Positions 9,941 through 19,865 of a stretch of 64,000 bases of DNA are shown here, one piece after another. The notes below the pieces were generated by a model. That model was given only the letters and a program-made list of their open reading frames with translations. It was not told the origin of the DNA and searched no databases. This DNA comes from Longimicrobiales bacterium (GTDB taxonomy: Bacteria; Gemmatimonadota; Gemmatimonadetes; Longimicrobiales; Gaopeijiaceae), in NCBI GenBank assembly GCA_965219445.1, contig CBDCNQ010000005.1, positions 1,248,001 to 1,312,000 of the forward strand. Reading direction: 5' to 3'. Both the position numbers and the translations under genes were made by a program. Numbering within the stretch: position 1 is the stretch's first letter; the number at the start of each line of letters is the position of its first letter.

Positions 9941-11758
9941 ATGCAAATCGGCTACATCGATGGTCCTAGGCTTCGGCGGGCTCTTACCGCAGGCTGCCAT
10001 TGGGCGCAGCGGCAGCGTGCGGAGCTCAATCGCATCAACGTGTTCCCTGTTCCTGACGGGGACACCGGGACCAACCTGTTCCTCACTGTTCAGGCGATCT
10101 CGGATCATCTCGGGCACAGCACAGCGAGATCCGTGGGTGTGGTGGCGCAGGAAGCCGCGCAGGCTGCTGTGATGGGGGCCCGCGGAAACTGCGGCATGAT
10201 GTTGTCCCACTTCCTCCTGGGTTTCGCTCGAAGCCTGGAGGGTCAGACCCGCATGGACGCTTCGGAATTCGGTGGCGCGTTGGAGGCGGGGGTCCAGAAT
10301 CTTTCAGAGGCGCTCGAGACCCCGGTGGAGGGTACGATTCTCACGGTCATGCGAGACACGGCCAGGGCGGTATCCGGCGCGGAAATCGAAGACATCGCTC
10401 CGCTCGCCGAGCACATGCTGGACCGGGCCCGCGACTCTTTGGAGCGGACCCCGGAGCTGCTGCCCGTGCTCTCGGCAGCGGGGGTCGTCGATGCAGGTGC
10501 GATGGGCTTCGTAAGTCTCCTGGAAGGCGTCGTCATGTTTCTGCGTGGGGATCCGTTATCCGCAGAAACCAGTGCGGAGTTCACGGCCGGCCCTCCGGTG
10601 TTGGCCTCGATCGAATATCCGGAGCCGGTGGAGAAGTATCGGTTCTGTACCGAGGCGCTCGTCCGTGGGAGCGACCTGCCCGATCAGAAAGAAGTTCGCG
10701 GCAACATGCGTACGTACGGTGACTCGATGATCGTGATCCGCTCCGATGACGTCCTCAAAGTTCATATCCACACGGATGAGCCCGACGAGGTCTTCTCCTA
10801 TCTGAAAGGATTGGGTGACTTGGTCACCCACAAGGCGGAGGACATGAGGGCTCAGTACGATGCGGTCGAGCGCGCCTCGGATTCGCATCTCTCGCTCGCG
10901 CGTCGTCCAGTGGGGGTTCTCACCGACAGTGCCGCCGACCTTCCCGAGGAGATCGTCCGCGCCCACGGTATCCAAGTCGTCCCGATGATGTTGGTCGACG
11001 GCGACGACGTGTACAGGGACGGGGTAGACGTGACGGCGGAGCGGTTCCACAAGATGTTGGCTTCACAGGAACAGCTACCGACGACCTCGCAACCGCCGCC
11101 CGCTTCATTTGTGGAGGGATTCAAACGGGCTGCGGCAGATGCCGAGCAGGTCGTGGGTGTGACCGTGAGCTCTGCTCTCTCCGGCACGTACCGGTCCGCG
11201 GAAGCGGCCGCTGGCGAGGAGCCAGATCTGCCCATCCACCTCGCGGACTCTCGGGGAGTCTCCCTGCTTCAGGGGCTCTTGGTGTTAAAGGCCGCAGAGT
11301 TGGCGGAGATGGCCGTAGCCGCCGATGAGATCGTCAAGGAGTTGGATCGCATCAGAGATCAATCGGGCGTCATGTTCACGATAGAGGCATTCGACCGACT
11401 CTTGGCGTCGGGCAGGGTGAGCCGGAGCAAGGCATTCTTCGGAGCCTTGCTGAACGTCAAGCCGATCTTGTCGATCGATCGTGAGGGCAAGGTGGTGCCC
11501 CGCGCCACGGCCATGGGTCGAGGGCGTGTCATCATGGCGCTCTTGGACGCCATGGCCGAGGACATGGAGCGTGTGCCGGAGACGGTTCGCTTCGGGATCA
11601 TGCACGTCGGTATTCCGGAGATCGTGCCGGAGGTACGGGACCTTTTGGTGACCCGCTACGGGGACGTGGAAATCCTAAGCGCGCCGATCACGCCGGTAAT
11701 CGCGACACACATCGGCATCGGGGCGTGGGGTCTCGCCTATATGGTAGAGGACCAATAG
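9941..11758 (+). CDS. DAK2 (FakA-like)-DegV (FakB-like) fusion protein
   Basis: INVFPVPDGDTGTN, GARGN, KVHIHT, then DegV motifs TDSAAD, TTSQP, SSALSGTY, THIG. Confidence 0.88.
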   Translation: MQIGYIDGPRLRRALTAGCHWAQRQRAELNRINVFPVPDGDTGTNLFLTVQAISDHLGHSTARSVGVVAQEAAQAAVMGARGNCGMMLSHFLLGFARSLEGQTRMDASEFGGALEAGVQNLSEALETPVEGTILTVMRDTARAVSGAEIEDIAPLAEHMLDRARDSLERTPELLPVLSAAGVVDAGAMGFVSLLEGVVMFLRGDPLSAETSAEFTAGPPVLASIEYPEPVEKYRFCTEALVRGSDLPDQKEVRGNMRTYGDSMIVIRSDDVLKVHIHTDEPDEVFSYLKGLGDLVTHKAEDMRAQYDAVERASDSHLSLARRPVGVLTDSAADLPEEIVRAHGIQVVPMMLVDGDDVYRDGVDVTAERFHKMLASQEQLPTTSQPPPASFVEGFKRAAADAEQVVGVTVSSALSGTYRSAEAAAGEEPDLPIHLADSRGVSLLQGLLVLKAAELAEMAVAADEIVKELDRIRDQSGVMFTIEAFDRLLASGRVSRSKAFFGALLNVKPILSIDREGKVVPRATAMGRGRVIMALLDAMAEDMERVPETVRFGIMHVGIPEIVPEVRDLLVTRYGDVEILSAPITPVIATHIGIGAWGLAYMVEDQ

Positions 11759-11761
11759 GTC

Positions 11762-12046
11762 TTAGGGCAGCGCCTCTCCGATGGCCACGATCGAATGCTC
11801 CGGCACAAGATGGAGATCGTCTTCGACCAGCCGCGCCGCTTCATGGAGGATGATGACGAGCGTGCCCGGCGTGAGCCCCTCGTCCTGTCCGGGGATGTCG
11901 TACTCGTCACTCGGCGTGTGGAGAACGATCTGTCCTCGCCGAAGGCTGCGGTCTGCGCACGTTCCGACCAAACGAACGGTCGCCCATCCCGGGCGCGGTG
12001 CCCATATGAGGTTCGTGGGAGTTCGAAGTCTCTTTTCAGACATCAT
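11762..12046 (-). CDS. Small hypothetical protein with GroES-like sequence pattern
   Basis: About 94 aa, overlapping the upstream gene. Pattern P..W.TV...RGQIV...LTPGTLVI...LVPEHSIVAI resembles Cpn10. Confidence 0.5.
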   Translation of the reverse strand: MMSEKRLRTPTNLIWAPRPGWATVRLVGTCADRSLRRGQIVLHTPSDEYDIPGQDEGLTPGTLVIILHEAARLVEDDLHLVPEHSIVAIGEALP

Positions 12047-12515
12047 AGTTCTTCGGGCTTCCGGCTCCTTCGTCACGCAATTTCTGGCGTCCACCGACTA
12101 GAAGATCATAGGTAGCCAACTGCGCCGCCGATAGTTCCGGCGGGAGCCCAACTACGAGTGCGCGCCCCTTCGTACCTTGGGGAACGTGGAGCACCATTCG
12201 ATCAGCTGGCGTGGGTGGCGCGTATGGGAGCCTTCGCCCGGTCGCATCGATCTCTATGGGCGTTCCGGTGACCGTCAACTCGGCCACGCGGCACCCGAAC
12301 TGCTGCCAAGCCGTCAAAGGATCGTCGCCGGCCTCGGCGATCGAGGGGAGGAGTTCGGTCTCGTAATAAGCCACCGCCTCACGGTAGGCCTCCGGGTTGT
12401 TCGCCTTCATCTCGCGAAGGCGCTTCCGATAGAACTCCCTCGGGTCCTTCGCGCCGGTCTGGCCCAGGGCCTCTTCGAAGATCTGGTCGGCCAGGTCGCG
12501 TATTGCTTGATCCAT
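12036..12515 (-). CDS. Hypothetical protein
   Basis: Globular-looking ORF from ATG 12515 with GGAG upstream, co-directional with neighbours. Confidence 0.65.
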   Translation of the reverse strand: MDQAIRDLADQIFEEALGQTGAKDPREFYRKRLREMKANNPEAYREAVAYYETELLPSIAEAGDDPLTAWQQFGCRVAELTVTGTPIEIDATGRRLPYAPPTPADRMVLHVPQGTKGRALVVGLPPELSAAQLATYDLLVGGRQKLRDEGAGSPKNYDV

Positions 12516-12589
12516 TCGCTCCGTAGCGTTGGCGGCCGAGTGGTGTCGCTGCTGCCCGCTGCTCAGAATCGCGACCTGCGTAAGGGGGG

Positions 12590-14638
12590 TCAACCGCGAT
12601 GCTCCAAGTGGCGGGCCTCCTCGACCATCCGCACGAACTCTCTTCGGTATCCCTCCAGGTCCGGGCCCACCGAATCTCGGGCCCAACGGAGAACCGCCGC
12701 CAGGTCCACGGCCCCGCGGTACTTGGAGTCGCGCAAGACCATGCCGAACGCCGCCACAGATGCAGCGAACGTAAAGTCCGACGAAAGCGTGGCATCGACG
12801 TCTCTCACGGCGTGGCTGATGAGCCGGCTCCGGCTCCCGGTAGGATCCTTGTAGCGCAATTTGACGAAGAGCATCTCCGGGCTGTCGCGGAGCGAAACCT
12901 GCTCGTCAGTGCGCTGGTAGCGTAACTCACCCAGGTCTCGAATATGTGTCCCCGTATCCACCCCCGTGGGAATGATTTCGTATAAGGCGGTGACGGTGTG
13001 GCCCGCGCCGAGATCCCCGGAGTCCTTTCGGTCGTCGTTGAAGTCCTCCGCAGCCAGAATACGGTTTTCGTATCCGATCAGGCGATATGCCTGGACATGG
13101 GCTGGATTGAACTCCACCTGGAGCTTCACGTCCTTCGCGATCGTGTGAAGGGTGCCCCCGAATTCCTTCACCAGCACTTTCTGGGCTTCGTGCGCGCTGT
13201 CTATATAGGCGAAGTTGCCGTTCCCATGGTCCGCGATCTGTTCCATCTTCGCGTCCTGGAGGTTTCCTGTGCCGAAACCGAGCACCGTCAAGAAGGTCCC
13301 TTCTTCCCGGCGCTGCTCGATCAAGCGGATCATCTCTGAGTTGCTCGACGGTCCGACATTGAAGTCGCCGTCGGTCGCCAGGATCACGCGGTTGTTTCCG
13401 CCGTCCATGTGATGTCGACGCGCCACGTCGTACGCCAGCCGTAGGCCGGCGCCCCCCGCCGTGGACCCCCCGGCCTCCAACCGCGAAAGCGCTTCGAGGA
13501 TGGTCTCCTTGTTCGCACCGGACGTGGGATCGAGGACCAGCCCGGCGGCTCCGGCGTATACGACGATCGCCACACGGTCTTGGGGCCGCATTTGGTTTAC
13601 GAGCATCCGAAGTGCCGACTTCAGCAACGGCAGTTTGTTCCTGGGCTGCATGGACCCGGAGACGTCCACGAGGAAGACGAGGTTGCTCGGGGGAAGGTCC
13701 TCGGTATCGACCTGCCGTCCTTGAATCCCAATGCGCACGAGCCGGTGCACGGTATTCCATGGGGCGGGTCCGACCTCCGTTTGAACCGAGAATGGATCGG
13801 GCCCCTCGGGGGTGGGCAGCTCGTAAGTGAAGTAGTTGATCAACTCTTCGATACGAACGGCGTCCGCGGGGGGAAGCTGCCCGTCACGGATGAAGCGCCG
13901 AACGTTGGAGTAGGACGCGCGGTCCACGTCGATTCCGAACGTGGAAAGTGGGTTGGCGCCCACAGCCATGAACTCATTCTCATAGATCCGGTCGTAGCCC
14001 TCACGCTGAAAGTCTCCGTTGTAACGTCCTCGAAGCCCTTGGCCTGCCGGTCGCTGACCGAGATCGGCCAGGCCCGACCGTCGCTGTTGCGGTTCGGTGC
14101 GACCCGAGTTCTCGTAGAGCGCCCTTTGTAGAGAGGGAGCAACCGACACGGCGTCCGTTCTTGCCCTCAACCGTTCAGCGTCCGCCCCTGCGATACCGCC
14201 GACAACCTCCACGGCGTCCCTGGCGTCACTGTCGTCGGGTGATTCGGAGGGTGCCGATGGTTGTAGAGCGAAGTCCAGGCGAAGCGATTGTGCGCCGAGA
14301 CTCACCCTCTTGGTCATCGGGGCGTATCCCACCAAATCGGCTCGAATTACAATCTCCGACCCGGCCGAGGCCGGAATCGTGAGTTGATAACGCCCGTCGT
14401 TCGCGGCCAGCGCGCTGAGGGTGAGGCCCTCCACGTGGATCTGTGCCCCCACGAGCGGGGCTCCGGAAACGGCGTCGGTGATCGTACCCGATACGACCGT
14501 CGCGTGTGTGTCCACTCGGGCGGTGGCCGTCTCGTTCGTGGTTGCCGTTGAGTTGGTAGTTGCCGTCGAGTTGGCGGTCAGCGGCCCGTCTGCGATCAAG
14601 CCAGTGAGCATCGCCAAGAGAAGAAAGAAGGCGCGCAT
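12590..14638 (-). CDS. Secreted VWA-domain protein (YfbK/DUF3520 type) with N-terminal carboxypeptidase-regulatory-like domain
   Basis: Signal peptide, STFGIDVDRASY, DVSGS MIDAS, ATDGDFNVG, TIAKDVKLQVEFNP, YRLIGYENR. Confidence 0.9.
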   Translation of the reverse strand: MRAFFLLLAMLTGLIADGPLTANSTATTNSTATTNETATARVDTHATVVSGTITDAVSGAPLVGAQIHVEGLTLSALAANDGRYQLTIPASAGSEIVIRADLVGYAPMTKRVSLGAQSLRLDFALQPSAPSESPDDSDARDAVEVVGGIAGADAERLRARTDAVSVAPSLQRALYENSGRTEPQQRRSGLADLGQRPAGQGLRGRYNGDFQREGYDRIYENEFMAVGANPLSTFGIDVDRASYSNVRRFIRDGQLPPADAVRIEELINYFTYELPTPEGPDPFSVQTEVGPAPWNTVHRLVRIGIQGRQVDTEDLPPSNLVFLVDVSGSMQPRNKLPLLKSALRMLVNQMRPQDRVAIVVYAGAAGLVLDPTSGANKETILEALSRLEAGGSTAGGAGLRLAYDVARRHHMDGGNNRVILATDGDFNVGPSSNSEMIRLIEQRREEGTFLTVLGFGTGNLQDAKMEQIADHGNGNFAYIDSAHEAQKVLVKEFGGTLHTIAKDVKLQVEFNPAHVQAYRLIGYENRILAAEDFNDDRKDSGDLGAGHTVTALYEIIPTGVDTGTHIRDLGELRYQRTDEQVSLRDSPEMLFVKLRYKDPTGSRSRLISHAVRDVDATLSSDFTFAASVAAFGMVLRDSKYRGAVDLAAVLRWARDSVGPDLEGYRREFVRMVEEARHLEHRG

Positions 14639-14741
14639 GGTCGTTCCTCCGAATCATGTCCTGTTGCAGGATCGAAGAAATCGGTCCCGCTCAACCTAGA
14701 GGACGAACAGAGGCTCCAACCTTGCACACCGAGGGGCCGGG

Positions 14742-15995
14742 TCAGCCGCCCGCGGCCATGGAGTCCAGGAACTCCTGATTGGTCTCGGTCCGGTTCATGC
14801 GCTCCAGCAGAAACTCGATGGCTTCCGTGGGCGGCATGTCGGAGAGGAAGTTCCGGAGGAGATAAACGCGGTTGAGTTCGCTGGGGGACAGGAGGAGCTC
14901 CTCCTTGCGGGTTCCGGACCGGTTGATGTCGATGGCGGGGAAGATTCGTTTGTCCGAAATGTGGCGGTCCAGGATCAATTCCATGTTTCCGGTCCCCTTG
15001 AACTCTTCAAAGATGACCTCGTCCATGCGGCTTCCGGTTTCGACCAGGGCAGTGGCGATGATCGTCAGGGAGCCACCCCCGTCGATGTTCCTCGCGGCTC
15101 CGAAGAAGCGCTTGGGCTTGTGAAGTGCGTTTGCGTCCACGCCGCCGGAGAGAATTTTCCCGGAATGTGGGATCGAGGTGTTGTATGCCCGTGCGAGGCG
15201 GGTGATGGAGTCGAGCAGAATGACCACCTCCTTCCCTGTCTCGACGAGACGCTTGGCCTTTTCCGACACCATCTCGGCCACCTGGACATGCCGGACCGCC
15301 GGTTCATCGAACGTGGACGAAATGACCTCCCCATCGACATGCTCTTCCATGTCGGTAACCTCCTCGGGACGCTCGTCGATGAGCAGCACGATGAGGTGCA
15401 CGTCGGGGTGGTTCGTCGTGATGGAGTTCGCCATCCTCTGCAGCAACATCGTCTTTCCGGCTTTCGGTGGCGAAACGATCAGACCTCGCTGGCCCATGCC
15501 GACGGGTGCGACGAGGTCCATGACCCGCATCGACATGTCTGTGTCGGAAACCTCCAAGTGGAGTCGCCTCTCCGGATAGCGGGGACGCAGATTGTCGAAG
15601 GCGACCCTTTGCTTCGCGTTGTCAGGTACGTCTCCATTGATGCTCTCGACCTTGAGCATTGCGAGGTAGCGTTCTCCCTCCTTCGGAGGCCGGACTTGGC
15701 CGAGAACCGTGTCGCCAGTGCGAAGATCAAACCGTTTGATTTGCGAAGGACTGACGTAGATGTCGTCCGGCCCGTACAGGTAGTTCCAATCCTGTGAGCG
15801 TAGGAATCCGTAGCCCTCGGCCAAGATTTCCAGGACGCCCTCGCCTCGGAGGACCACTTCGCTGTCGAGCAGGCTCTGTTCGATCCGGAAGATCAGATCC
15901 TGTTTACGGAGCCCGGAATAGTTGGAGATCTTGAGCTCCTCCGCGAAATCGTGGAGGTCTCCAAGGCTCTTACTTCTCAGCTGCGCGATATCCAC
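14742..15995 (-). CDS. rho: Transcription termination factor Rho
   Basis: [48 protein letters not shown] start at 15995 with GGAG RBS. Confidence 0.97.
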   Translation of the reverse strand: MDIAQLRSKSLGDLHDFAEELKISNYSGLRKQDLIFRIEQSLLDSEVVLRGEGVLEILAEGYGFLRSQDWNYLYGPDDIYVSPSQIKRFDLRTGDTVLGQVRPPKEGERYLAMLKVESINGDVPDNAKQRVAFDNLRPRYPERRLHLEVSDTDMSMRVMDLVAPVGMGQRGLIVSPPKAGKTMLLQRMANSITTNHPDVHLIVLLIDERPEEVTDMEEHVDGEVISSTFDEPAVRHVQVAEMVSEKAKRLVETGKEVVILLDSITRLARAYNTSIPHSGKILSGGVDANALHKPKRFFGAARNIDGGGSLTIIATALVETGSRMDEVIFEEFKGTGNMELILDRHISDKRIFPAIDINRSGTRKEELLLSPSELNRVYLLRNFLSDMPPTEAIEFLLERMNRTETNQEFLDSMAAGG

Positions 15996-16163
15996 GGACT
16001 GCTCCGAGGCCTTATCCGCTAGCGGCTGGACGGCCGATACGATGGGTCGGTGGCTGAAAAATTCACGGGGGCAGCACGCCTGCAACCTGCGAGGAAGTGC
16101 GGTGAGTTCCGCGTTGGCGGAACACCTGGAGAGACAAGTGGGGCTTACGAGGAAGTTGATCCG

Positions 16164-16192
16164 ATTGTAATGAGCGAGACCGAGGGGGTCAA
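16164..16192 (-). promoter_or_regulatory. Sigma70-type promoter of rho
   Basis: Minus strand TTGACC-N17-TACAAT, about 165 bp upstream of the rho start. Confidence 0.7.
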
Positions 16193-16440
16193 GAGTTTTT
16201 CGGGCCCGTAGCCCGAAGATCCGGGGGTCCCGCGAGCGTCGATCTCGGTGTTTTTCATCACTCCGATGCGGGCTTCGATTCTGCTCCAATCTGACGGATT
16301 TGCGTCCAGCCCCGTCGTGCGAAAGATGTTTCACAGAAAGGGGTTTCTCAACTTCTGCTCCAACAAGAACATTGACATTCTTGGTGCCCCGGATAAACAT
16401 TCGTTTACCTCTCGCTTTTTCGTATTTCTTCGGAGGTCAT

Positions 16441-16791
16441 ATGGGGCGGCACAACCGGGAGGGTAAGGGGGCGGACCAACAGGGTTACGAGTACCAGCTC
16501 AACTATCAGCCTGATTGGCTGCGGTTGGTCAAGGTCACTCGTACGCTAGACAGTGGGCGCCAGTCCACCAAGACGCTCTTTCGAAACCCAACGTCCCGCA
16601 GAAGGGAGGCGCCCTCCGAGAAGGTCCGCACGAGGATCGTTTCGCAGGGACAGGGACTGGACATGGAAGTTGCCGTGTCGGATCCCTACGGACACGTCCA
16701 CCGGGTCCAGGTCACCTGCATGATCCCCACCGAGGACGGCGGCTCGGAGGAAGTGACGTACACCCTCGAGGACGGCGTACCGGCTCCCTGA
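16441..16791 (+). CDS. Hypothetical protein
   Basis: ATG with GGAGG RBS; TTGACA at 16372 upstream. Confidence 0.7.
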   Translation: MGRHNREGKGADQQGYEYQLNYQPDWLRLVKVTRTLDSGRQSTKTLFRNPTSRRREAPSEKVRTRIVSQGQGLDMEVAVSDPYGHVHRVQVTCMIPTEDGGSEEVTYTLEDGVPAP

Positions 16792-16862
16792 GGTTAAGGG
16801 CCCTCAGGCCTGACTCGACACGAAGCTGGTCCCCTGGTTCGAGCCCTGGGTATCTTTGAGTC

Positions 16863-17645
16863 ATGAACGGTTTAGCGTTGACCCCGGTCGAGCACCTAGG
16901 CCGCTGGTCGATCAATAGCGTTCGATCGCTCGGAAAGGCGGGTTACCTAACCACCGGGGCGCTGCGCGCGCTCAGGAATGTCGAGATTTGGGGCCCTCGC
17001 CTCGTGACACAGATGGTCAGCGTGGGTGTGGCGTCTGTTCCGATCGCACTCTTCATCGCGACGTTCACGGGCATCGTGCTGGCACTCCAGGCGTCGTACA
17101 CCCTGACCGGCGCCGTCCCCATATACCTGGTCGGAACCATGGTGGGGAAGTCGATGATCCTCGAGTTGGGCCCGGTGCTCACCGGTCTCTCCTTGTCCGG
17201 ACGAGTAGGTGCCAGCACGGCTGCTGAGCTGGGGACCATGCGGGTTACGGAGCAGATCGACGCGCTGGAGACACTCGCGTACGATCCGTTGGCCTATCTG
17301 GTTGTTCCGCGCGTGCTCGCTGGCGTGCTCATGTTTCCAGTCGTGATCGTTCTGGCCTCGGCAATGGGGATTCTTGCGGGGTGGTTGGCCTCTCTCACCC
17401 TCCTCGACATGTCCACCGCTGACTTTGTCCGGGGCCTCCGGCTCTTCTTCCAGCCGTGGGACGTCCAGTTCGCGGCCATCAAAAGTCTGAGCTTCGGACT
17501 CATCGTCACCGGCGTGGGGTCATTCTATGGGTTCCATGCGAAGGGTGGAGCGGGGGGCGTCGGGGTGGCCACGACCCGTGCGGTGGTCGTGTCGAGCATG
17601 CTGATCCTGGTTCTGGACGCGTTCTGGGCGGTGGTCCTGCTGTGA
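16863..17645 (+). CDS. mlaE: MlaE-family ABC permease
   Basis: ELGPVLTG, GRVGA, AELGTMRVTEQIDALE, LVVPR. Confidence 0.93.
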   Translation: MNGLALTPVEHLGRWSINSVRSLGKAGYLTTGALRALRNVEIWGPRLVTQMVSVGVASVPIALFIATFTGIVLALQASYTLTGAVPIYLVGTMVGKSMILELGPVLTGLSLSGRVGASTAAELGTMRVTEQIDALETLAYDPLAYLVVPRVLAGVLMFPVVIVLASAMGILAGWLASLTLLDMSTADFVRGLRLFFQPWDVQFAAIKSLSFGLIVTGVGSFYGFHAKGGAGGVGVATTRAVVVSSMLILVLDAFWAVVLL

Positions 17646-18391
17646 GCATCGTGCTCACGGACGTCCATCGGGCGTTTGGCCGGAACCAAGTCCTGCGGGG
17701 ATTGGATCTCGAAGTCCTGGATGGGGAGACACTCAGCGTCATCGGGTTCTCCGGAGCCGGCAAGTCGGTGGTTCTCAAACACATTGTCGGCCTGATTCGA
17801 CCGGACTCCGGTGATGTGGTCGTGGATGGCCGAAACCTGAGTGAGCTCGACGTCGAGGAACTCAACGCGCTCCGCCGTGACATCGGCTATGTGTTCCAAT
17901 TCGCCGCACTCTTCGACTCCATGAACATTGCCGACAATGTCGCGATGGGGCTTCGTCGTATACCGGGGATGTATGAAGAAGAGATCGACTCGCGTGTGGG
18001 TGAGTGTCTGGCGCTCGTCGATCTAGAGGGGACCGGAGACCGGTATCCGTCCCAGTTATCTGGTGGGATGCTGAAGCGGGCCGGGCTCGCTCGGGCCATC
18101 GCTACGAAACCGAAGTATTTACTTTACGATGAGCCGACGACTGGATTGGATCCCGTCACCGTGACGGTAATCGACCGACTGATCGTTCGGATGAAGGAAG
18201 AACTCGGTGTGACGGGGATCGTCATCACGCACGATATGGAGAGTGCCTACCGGATTTCCGACCGGATTGCGATGCTCTACGACGGCCGGATTCGGACCGG
18301 TGGGACCGTAGACGAGATCAAGGAGTCGGATGACCCTCTCCTCAGGTCGTTCATCGAAGGACGCCCTGAGCTGGCGGAGAAGGCTTCGTGA
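17642..18391 (+). CDS. mlaF: MlaF-family ABC ATPase
   Basis: GFSGAGKS, LSGGM, YDEPTTGLDP, THD. GTG start overlaps the mlaE stop. Confidence 0.92.
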   Translation: MSIVLTDVHRAFGRNQVLRGLDLEVLDGETLSVIGFSGAGKSVVLKHIVGLIRPDSGDVVVDGRNLSELDVEELNALRRDIGYVFQFAALFDSMNIADNVAMGLRRIPGMYEEEIDSRVGECLALVDLEGTGDRYPSQLSGGMLKRAGLARAIATKPKYLLYDEPTTGLDPVTVTVIDRLIVRMKEELGVTGIVITHDMESAYRISDRIAMLYDGRIRTGGTVDEIKESDDPLLRSFIEGRPELAEKAS

Positions 18392-19398
18392 AGCGCCGCA
18401 TGGAGTTACTGGTCGGCTCGGTCGTTCTGCTCGGGATCGTCGCGGGCGTGTTCGGAACGTTCTGGCTCCAGGGCAGGCGGTTCGGAAGCGTACAGACGGA
18501 AGTCCACGTCTTGATGAGAGATGTCGGTCAGCTAGCCGTGGGCAATGCGGTGACGTCCCGAGGTGTGAACATCGGACGCGTCGGCAGCATCGCCCTCGAG
18601 GGGGGTGGCGCTGCCGTCCGAATCACGCTGCTTCTAGAGGGTGATGGGCTTCTGGCGGATGACGCGGTCGTGGTCATCGCTCCCGAGTCCCTGTTCGGGG
18701 ACTGGCAGGCCGAAATCGTGACGCGGTCTCGGTTTCCTCTGTACGACTACTATGAGGTTCCCGCTGACGAACGGCAGCGCGACGGCGTTCGGGTGCTGGG
18801 CGGATACATGCTTCCGGACCTCTCTCGCCTGACCGCCGTTGCGGATGAAGTCGCCCAGAATGTGGCGTCTCTCACGGATCGTTTCGACCGTGCGTTCGGA
18901 GAGGAGACCGCGGGCCAGATCTCGCAGGCCATCGACAACATGGAGGAGTTCACGGCGACCCTCGCACGCCTGGTCGACGAGCAAAGTGACCAGTTTTTGG
19001 GAATCGCCGAAGACGTACGGACTTCGACATCCGAAATCTCAGTGGTTCTGGCCACGGCCCGCGCGTCGCTGGAGCGGATCGATGCGTTACTGGCTTCCGG
19101 CGACGTGGACTCGATCTTTGTGAACACGCGAGTCATAACCGCTGAGCTCAGCGGCGTCTCGGGGGACATCTCAGCGGCCTCGCAGAGTCTTTCCGGAACC
19201 CTGACCCTCGCGGACTCGACATTCCTTTCGCTGAATCGCATCACGACCCGTCTTGAGGGTGCAGAGGGGTCGCTTGGACGCTTGATTTCCGATACCCTAT
19301 TTGCAAGTCGTGCCGAACGCCTTGTCGAGGAGTTGAACCTTCTCATGGAGGATATTCGGGCGAACCCGCGGAAGTACGTGCGCCTTTCGATTTTTTGA
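18388..19398 (+). CDS. mlaD: MlaD/MCE-family protein
   Basis: N-terminal TM helix, L..G..V..RGVNIGRV MCE motif, helical tail, GSLGRL, DIRANPRKY. Confidence 0.88.
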   Translation: MKRRMELLVGSVVLLGIVAGVFGTFWLQGRRFGSVQTEVHVLMRDVGQLAVGNAVTSRGVNIGRVGSIALEGGGAAVRITLLLEGDGLLADDAVVVIAPESLFGDWQAEIVTRSRFPLYDYYEVPADERQRDGVRVLGGYMLPDLSRLTAVADEVAQNVASLTDRFDRAFGEETAGQISQAIDNMEEFTATLARLVDEQSDQFLGIAEDVRTSTSEISVVLATARASLERIDALLASGDVDSIFVNTRVITAELSGVSGDISAASQSLSGTLTLADSTFLSLNRITTRLEGAEGSLGRLISDTLFASRAERLVEELNLLMEDIRANPRKYVRLSIF

Positions 19399-19414
19399 TT
19401 GGGACCCCCGCCCT

Positions 19415-19865
19415 GTGACCAAACGGAAGGCGAGAATCGAACACAGCTCCGGTGGCGTGGTGGCTCGGCATATGGACGGGGCCGTGCACCTGCTGCTGAT
19501 CCGTGATCCCTACGGCAAGTGGGGGTTGCCGAAGGGCCACGTCGAGGATGGGGAGAGCTCTCGCGAGGCCGCTTTGCGGGAGGTGCGTGAGGAGACCGGA
19601 CTGACAGGGCTCGATGCGGGTCCTTCGCTCGGTACCATCGACTGGTACTTCAGGTTCAAGGGTGAACTCGTGCACAAGTTCTGCGACTTTCCTCATGGCT
19701 TCTCGGGACGGAGACCCGAGCCCGGAGGTGACGGAAGGGATCACCGAGTGCCGGTGGCTTCCGGTGGAGGAGGCGATTGCGACTGTGGCCTACGATAACG
19801 CCCGAGAGGTTGTGGTACGGGCGGCGGACGTCCTGAACTCGAGTGAAGCGGACGCACTATTGTGA
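19415..19865 (+). pseudogene. NUDIX hydrolase split by a frameshift near 19690 (real or sequencing error)
   Basis: Nudix box GHVEDGESSREAALREVREETG in one frame; C-terminus FLMAS...EGITECRWLP...YDNAREV in another. Confidence 0.8.

Noticed and set aside
15996..16400. 135-aa N-terminal extension of Rho in the ORF track
   Set aside because: A good promoter lies inside it and an RBS precedes GTG 15995.
16783..16853. tRNA-like GGTTCGAGCCC motif
   Set aside because: No acceptor stem or convincing D and anticodon arms; only a local hairpin at a gene end.
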